Assembly: GCA_963663405.2 (NCBI GenBank)
Contig: CAXXSM010000135.1
Location: 1 to 14,026 of the forward strand
Length of the DNA stretch: 14,026 bases
DNA from: a bacterium
Lineage (GTDB): Bacteria; Hinthialibacterota; Hinthialibacteria; Hinthialibacterales; Hinthialibacteraceae
Direction of reading: 5' to 3'
Part shown: positions 9,208 through 14,026 of the stretch, in pieces
How positions within the stretch are numbered: position 1 is the stretch's first letter
Layout of the letters: each line of letters opens with the position of its first letter
Notes under the pieces: model-generated
Databases searched by the model: none
Told to the model about the DNA's origin: nothing
What the model saw: only the letters and a program-made list of their open reading frames with translations
Made by a program: the position numbers and the translations under genes

Positions 9208-9224
9208 TTGGCGCCGTTTTTGCA
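9208..9224 (+). promoter_or_regulatory. Sigma54 (RpoN) -24/-12 promoter
   Basis: TTGGCGCCGTTTTTGCA: GG (9210-9211), exactly 10 nt, then GC (9222-9223). Matches TGGCAC-N5-TTGCW with one mismatch and is divergent from a GAFTGA-containing activator gene. Confidence 0.8.
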
Positions 9225-9252
9225 TTTATTACATTATGCAATCCAGTTTTGC

Positions 9253-9318
9253 GGTCATGAAAATGAGCATTAGACACCGCAGCATTGATGGACCATTCAT
9301 CGCTCATTTTCATTGACC
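9253..9318 (+). repeat. Long inverted repeat / hairpin in the predicted 5' leader
   Basis: GGTCATGAAAATGAGC (9253-9268) pairs with GCTCATTTTCATTGACC (9302-9318): 16 bp with one bulged T around a 33-nt loop. Confidence 0.7.
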
Positions 9319-9509
9319 CACTATAATCTCAGAGTCAAAGAGATTCGCTTGCAGTCTTTATCGTTCCTCGAAACTCTCAAGATTCATACGGGGAAGATTC
9401 AAAGAACAAAAATTCCCATGTCTGGGAAGATGAAAATTCAACATACAAACGTTTTTACGAATTGGCCTTCACGTTTCCAAAGAACTCACTTGATGTTAGG
9501 CGCCCTGCT

Positions 9510-9977
9510 ATGAACCAGTCAAAATTGGCTCTTTTAATCTCATCGGATTTGAATCTTTTCCGGGATCTGCAGCCAATTTTACAGCGCCGGTTCCAAATAC
9601 ATGTCCAATTCTTTGAAGAAATCCTGCAAAAAAATTTAATTGCGATCGATTCTCCTGTCTTTCTGTTATGGGATGGCAGTACACGATCGGAATCCTGGAC
9701 GGAGCGTCTGCTGTGGCTTCGCGACCATTTTCACGGTTGTCCCATTTTTGCTCTCTTGAAAGGACGAAGCGAAAACCTCTCAACCGATCTACACAAAATG
9801 GGGATTAATCTTCTGTTTGATCTTTCCTCTCCTTCTTTTAAAGAGAATCTCTTTTATTCTATCGACGCGGTTCTATCACGACATAACAAAAATGGGAACC
9901 ACAATGGGAAAAATAAATCACTGAAATATCATTCCCCAAAAATGGGGAACGGACAAGATCGACTGGATACAAGTTAG
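9510..9977 (+). CDS. Hypothetical protein, probable atypical (pseudo-)receiver domain with a polar C-terminal tail
   Basis: 155 aa from ATG 9510 (ORF track uses TTG 9462). The beta/alpha pattern follows a CheY fold: LALLISSD, LFRDLQPILQRRF, PVFLLWD, LLWLRDHFHGCPIFALL, LHKMGINLLF, KENLFYSIDAVL. No clear RBS. Confidence 0.6.
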   Translation: MNQSKLALLISSDLNLFRDLQPILQRRFQIHVQFFEEILQKNLIAIDSPVFLLWDGSTRSESWTERLLWLRDHFHGCPIFALLKGRSENLSTDLHKMGINLLFDLSSPSFKENLFYSIDAVLSRHNKNGNHNGKNKSLKYHSPKMGNGQDRLDTS

Positions 9978-10199
9978 TGACAGACATTCAATTTCTTTTT
10001 CATACTATTTTTACGCACTAGAATTATGTTTATCTACAGTTCAAATCCAAAGACCGCCTTGAATGTACAATTATATTCCGGCTTTATCCTGTATTGTAAT
10101 GAAAATTCAGGATTAAGCGTAATGAGATAGTATCTTTCTAACCGTTTTAGTATAATATAATATTTACCGATTCAGAATATTTTTTGGGAGGAAAAACTT

Positions 10200-10676
10200 A
10201 TGACCGAGACCAAGCAAAGCGAAAGTCAAATCCAACAATATGTCAGCTTTGTATTGCATGGGGAAGAATATGGTGTCCCGATCCTTAGCGTGCATGAAAT
10301 TATCCGGTACACCACGTTGACTCGTGTTCCTCAGAGCCCTGAATTCATCGAAGGAGTTCTGAATTTACGCGGCCAAGTGATTCCCGTGGTGAATTTACGG
10401 GATAAATTTGGGCTTCCTGAACAAGAAACGGACCGGTCAACACGGATCATGGTCGTCGAAGTCAAAGGCCGGGTCATCGGCATGGTGGTGGATGAAGTCT
10501 CTGAAGTCATGCAGATCCATTCCGAAGACATTTCCCCTCCCCCGCCAATGGGCACATCAGTCAATACTGATTTTATCTCTGGGATGGGGAAAGTCGGCGA
10601 TAAATTAATGATCATCCTCGATATCAATAAAATCCTATCCGCTGAAGAACAACGGATGATGGAAGAGAAAATGTAA
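10200..10676 (+). CDS. cheW: Chemotaxis coupling protein CheW
   Basis: QYVSFVLHGEEYGVPILSVHEII, TRVPQSPEFIEGVLNLRGQVIPVVNLR, GMVVDEVSEV, LMIILDINKIL. RBS GGGAGG about 8 nt upstream. Confidence 0.96.
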   Translation: MTETKQSESQIQQYVSFVLHGEEYGVPILSVHEIIRYTTLTRVPQSPEFIEGVLNLRGQVIPVVNLRDKFGLPEQETDRSTRIMVVEVKGRVIGMVVDEVSEVMQIHSEDISPPPPMGTSVNTDFISGMGKVGDKLMIILDINKILSAEEQRMMEEKM

Positions 10677-10746
10677 AAATCCATTCGGGGGGAATTGTCC
10701 AGATCCAGACTTCCAGCCACTCTTTTCTCGCACAAGAAAAAACCAG

Positions 10747-13512
10747 TTAATCAAATGCGCCTTTCATCGCGTTTTTGAAAATGGATTCACTTGGAGGCTC
10801 CCAAAGACGGACATCATCCACAAGGACGTGTCCCCACGGCCCCATCGCGTAATCTACAATCAACAGCCGTCCCTCTCTCCCTTTCCATGGGCGCAGATCC
10901 CACCGTACGCGCCGCATAGACTCTGATCGATCTCCAGTCGCCCGGTACACCATATTCCCACCGATTTCGAGACTAAGATAGAGAGTCTCAATAGCATTCC
11001 CCCCTCCAATCAAAAAATCCAGAATTGTACCTTCAATGACAAACGGAGGGGAAGTCAACACACCGGTGGCAGAATCCCCGCGCTGCGTGTATGTGTTGAT
11101 GAAATAATTCCCCTCGATTCCTTCAATAGGATCCTGATTCCCACAAGCGCCGGTTGAAGGCGTATCCAAAAACGCGTCTCCTGTTTTCGACCATCCCTGA
11201 TAGGTTCCATCTTCAAAATTCCAATAAAGTCCTTTAGGGCGTTTCGCCTGAAACAAATGGTCGATCCGGACCGATCCCCGCCAATCCCAATCCGCCGACA
11301 GCCAAACCGCCGGCCGGCCTCGCCAAGGATCCAGGGACCAATTGTAAAATCGCCATCCCGCCGCGGCGCCGCCCCGCTCGATTCGAACGACCCGCCAACC
11401 ACTGATCTCTCCGGGTAAATAGAGCAACTCCGATGGTTGAATATAAAAAAACGTCTCATCCATCAAGGATTCACCCGGTTGGTGATCGAACACATGCCGC
11501 GCGCATTTTGTTCGTTGATCCGCGCCGAATCCGATTCGCTGTTTGACCGCCAAACAAACCAGCGACCGTGTCGAATCGGACGGAATATCCGCATAAAACC
11601 TAAACTCGTCCCCTTCGATCACAAACGGAGACGAACGGATCGATCCCAACTCTCTCTCCGCGGCGCCGTTGGCGCCCGCGCTGGCGGTCCCGGCCGCGCT
11701 TGTACTGCGATCCGGCGAAAATCCATAGGCGAATCCAACGGTCTCCGTAAAAGAATTCCCGGATTCAAAGGTCCAACGTATTCCTTCACTGACCGGTTCC
11801 TTCATCTTCGCAAAAGTTTGAAAAAGAGGCGCCCGCCGTTCATTAAGCCATTCGTCCACACCCAGCCATTGCGCGATAGAAATCACTTCTTCCAACCGGT
11901 CTTCCTCCCGTAATTGGAGAAAAGAGCGTTTCATCACCTTCTCCGCGCTGCGATCCCGCCGAGTATAAATCTCCAGATTATGATAACGCTCGTGGTTGTA
12001 TTCCTCCTCTAAAATCTCCCACCACGGAGCTAAGAACGTTGAATGGATATCCCCCCGATCTCCCTTTTTGACTTGATCGTAATCAGGAAAAAGAAGAATC
12101 TTGTCTACTCCAAGGCTCAGCGCAACACTCAATCCAACGCGGCGCCCTCCATAATGGTTCTCCGGCGTTTCATAGGGAGCCTGGATGGCGAAATTCAACG
12201 GAATTACTCGCCGGCCCCCCAACGCGCTGGCAAAAATCGATGGCTCAAACGAAACCGCAACCAGTTCGTTCGATCGATCCACCGCATTCAATGTCCGTTG
12301 GACAGCTACAGCGCCATCCAAGCGGTACCGTGCCCGGTCAAACACTTCATGAAAGACAGTGGGGAAAGAAACAAAAGTCGCGATCAAAAGCAGGGAAAAA
12401 CCACTCCATCGAAAATAGAAAGCCCCACTCCCAAAACACAGCGCTAACCATACGATCCCCTCAACCATCATTACAACAAAAATCACAATAAATGGAGCGA
12501 GCCACGATCGAGCCGCGTCCCACGGCGTAAACGAAAAAACAGCGGCGGAAATGCCAACAAAACCGATTAAAACCAGTTCACGCCGCCATGAATTACGGGC
12601 TTCCTGATACCGGGATAAAACGCCCAATAGCGCCAAAAAACCAAAACAAAGAAACGCGCCGGAAAAATCCAACAGCCCATTCCCAAACCACCCCAACAAA
12701 GAATGAAACCGGTCCGCCCATTCTCCTGTCAACAGTTTTACAGCCGAAAGCGCTGGTAACAGCGCCGGACAACCAATTATATACGCCCCGCCCAGCGTCC
12801 TGTTCTGGACCGACAATAACAGATAAAACGCAAACGCGGGAATCACCGGAGAAAACGAGATCATCACATGGGAAGCCAAACGACGCCACTCAGACCAAGC
12901 AGGGAAGTAGAACACAAACCGCAAAACAGCCAGCAAAAGTGAAAAAAAGAATCCCGCAGAACCGGAAAATCCAAGCGCCGTCAAAAAAATATACCACCCT
13001 GCCGCCCCCCGTTCTCCTTCAGAAAGTCGATTTAAACATTCAAAAATTAATAGCAGCGTCAGAACCATCGACGGAGAAAAGAGAAGCAATCGCCAAAACC
13101 AAGGATGCGCCGCCAACAGCAAAAAGATAAAGGTGTGGTTCTGTGAATTGACCCATCCCTGCAAGAAAATACGAATCCGCCACAGCAACGCCGCGCAGAG
13201 CAATGATTGAACCACCCATAAAAGAAAAATCCGCCCAACAGGAATCCAACGGGAACCAGCGATCGCAAGAACCGTCCATAAATTGAGGCTCTGCGCGGGA
13301 TACGGCGCCCAAGGAAGGGAAGATGAATCATCGGGTGAAAAAAAACTATGACCATAGAGATAATGAATCGATTCTTCTTCACTATAGCAATACAGCCAAG
13401 TATCCGGGTACAACATCAATATAGCTAAAACAACCGAATAAATCCCCGTAAAAACCACGGGGAGCCATCGGTTCAAAACTCGTCTACTAGGCTCGTGAGT
13501 TGAATCATTCAT
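10747..13512 (-). CDS. Large polytopic membrane protein with two C-terminal beta-sandwich (levanase/GH32-associated type) repeats
   Basis: The N-terminal ~400 aa hold many hydrophobic segments. The C-terminal domain FEDGTYQGW..TGDAF..GDSATGVLTSPPFVI..FLIGGG..RATG..SE..WDL..WKG...IVD...WGHVLVDD resembles non-catalytic modules of GH32-like enzymes. Start is uncertain (ATG 13512 or TTG 13560). Confidence 0.75.
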   Translation of the reverse strand: MNDSTHEPSRRVLNRWLPVVFTGIYSVVLAILMLYPDTWLYCYSEEESIHYLYGHSFFSPDDSSSLPWAPYPAQSLNLWTVLAIAGSRWIPVGRIFLLWVVQSLLCAALLWRIRIFLQGWVNSQNHTFIFLLLAAHPWFWRLLLFSPSMVLTLLLIFECLNRLSEGERGAAGWYIFLTALGFSGSAGFFFSLLLAVLRFVFYFPAWSEWRRLASHVMISFSPVIPAFAFYLLLSVQNRTLGGAYIIGCPALLPALSAVKLLTGEWADRFHSLLGWFGNGLLDFSGAFLCFGFLALLGVLSRYQEARNSWRRELVLIGFVGISAAVFSFTPWDAARSWLAPFIVIFVVMMVEGIVWLALCFGSGAFYFRWSGFSLLLIATFVSFPTVFHEVFDRARYRLDGAVAVQRTLNAVDRSNELVAVSFEPSIFASALGGRRVIPLNFAIQAPYETPENHYGGRRVGLSVALSLGVDKILLFPDYDQVKKGDRGDIHSTFLAPWWEILEEEYNHERYHNLEIYTRRDRSAEKVMKRSFLQLREEDRLEEVISIAQWLGVDEWLNERRAPLFQTFAKMKEPVSEGIRWTFESGNSFTETVGFAYGFSPDRSTSAAGTASAGANGAAERELGSIRSSPFVIEGDEFRFYADIPSDSTRSLVCLAVKQRIGFGADQRTKCARHVFDHQPGESLMDETFFYIQPSELLYLPGEISGWRVVRIERGGAAAGWRFYNWSLDPWRGRPAVWLSADWDWRGSVRIDHLFQAKRPKGLYWNFEDGTYQGWSKTGDAFLDTPSTGACGNQDPIEGIEGNYFINTYTQRGDSATGVLTSPPFVIEGTILDFLIGGGNAIETLYLSLEIGGNMVYRATGDRSESMRRVRWDLRPWKGREGRLLIVDYAMGPWGHVLVDDVRLWEPPSESIFKNAMKGAFD

Positions 13513-13604
13513 CGTATAAAAAATCGTAAGGAGTTCCCCCGCTTCGAAAAGCAAGAACAAAAGGTGAGATAATTAATTTGAACAGAAACGATAGAAAAAG
13601 CAAA

Positions 13605-14024
13605 TTAGCACATACCCCCGCCGCATCGGCAGTCTGGAGTCAATCCTCCAAATTGGATTAAACTCTGCATGGCGATCGTGCGGGTTTCTTGACTGCCCGT
13701 CGTGAGATGGGGAAGAATCCACTTTCTCGCTTCTTTGGTGAATTCTTCATTGACCGGGCCAATCCGCCCCATCGCCCACAGAATCCCATTTAAAATCTCT
13801 GGTGTCTGCTCTACCTCCAGAATTGAAGGCAGATTGGGTAAAAAATCTTTCAACGCTTCCGGATTCTCCGCCAGGATCGCCCCGATCGCTTGGGGAGCGA
13901 ACCAGCACATATTCCCCGATTCATCATTCAGCATCCAGAACAACCGGCGGCAGTAATCTCGGAGAAATTCTATATCCTTCTTCACCCAGATCTTCGAAAC
14001 GGAGCCCATCGCCTCCACCGCCCG
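13605..14024 (-). CDS. HEAT/PBS-lyase-repeat protein, DVU0298-like (5'-partial)
   Basis: The frame is open to the window edge (RAVEAMG...). The motif RRLFWMLNDESGNMCWFAPQAIGAI and ILWAMGRIG match my recollection of the DVU0298-like family. Function unknown. Confidence 0.7.
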   Translation of the reverse strand, partial: RAVEAMGSVSKIWVKKDIEFLRDYCRRLFWMLNDESGNMCWFAPQAIGAILAENPEALKDFLPNLPSILEVEQTPEILNGILWAMGRIGPVNEEFTKEARKWILPHLTTGSQETRTIAMQSLIQFGGLTPDCRCGGGMC

Positions 14025-14026
14025 CC

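Noticed and set aside
9110-9513. Short ORFs 9110..9316 and 9313..9513
   Set aside because: TTG starts, no RBS and no recognisable protein features. The first spans the sigma54 promoter. A leader peptide cannot be fully excluded.
10146-10173. Possible sigma28 (FliA) promoter before cheW (TTTA/TTAG...ACCGATTC)
   Set aside because: Multiple mismatches to TAAA-N15-GCCGATAA in AT-rich DNA.
10724-10742. Possible bidirectional terminator between cheW and the membrane-protein gene (TTTTCT-CGCACA-AGAAAA)
   Set aside because: The stem is short and almost all A-T, too weak to call.
11055-13382. ORFs overlapping the large membrane-protein gene (e.g. 12588..13130, 180 aa, Lys/Thr/Pro-rich)
   Set aside because: Composition is what the antisense or shifted frames of a hydrophobic, T-rich coding strand would give.
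1-14026. CRISPR arrays, tRNA/rRNA, transposases, integrases, defence or phage genes
   Set aside because: No regularly spaced repeats, RNA-gene signatures or relevant protein motifs seen by eye.

Overview
Bacterial chromosomal window. It holds the 3' part of ppdK with an intrinsic terminator, then a + strand chemosensory operon cheY-cheX-cheR-cheA-cheB with no receptor or cheW inside it. A convergent NtrC/AtoC-type sigma54 activator (REC-AAA+-HTH) follows, with no cognate sensor kinase in the window. Divergent from it are a well-spaced sigma54 -24/-12 promoter, tandem palindromes that look like enhancer sites, a ~275-nt leader with a long hairpin, a degenerate stand-alone receiver-like gene and an orphan cheW. 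The right end has a - strand polytopic membrane protein with two levanase-associated-type beta-sandwich repeats and a partial HEAT-repeat (DVU0298-like) gene. The most interesting hypothesis (inference) is that the sigma54 cassette links the Che pathway to transcription of its own coupling protein CheW and a pseudo-receiver. No rRNA, tRNA, CRISPR array or mobile element was seen.
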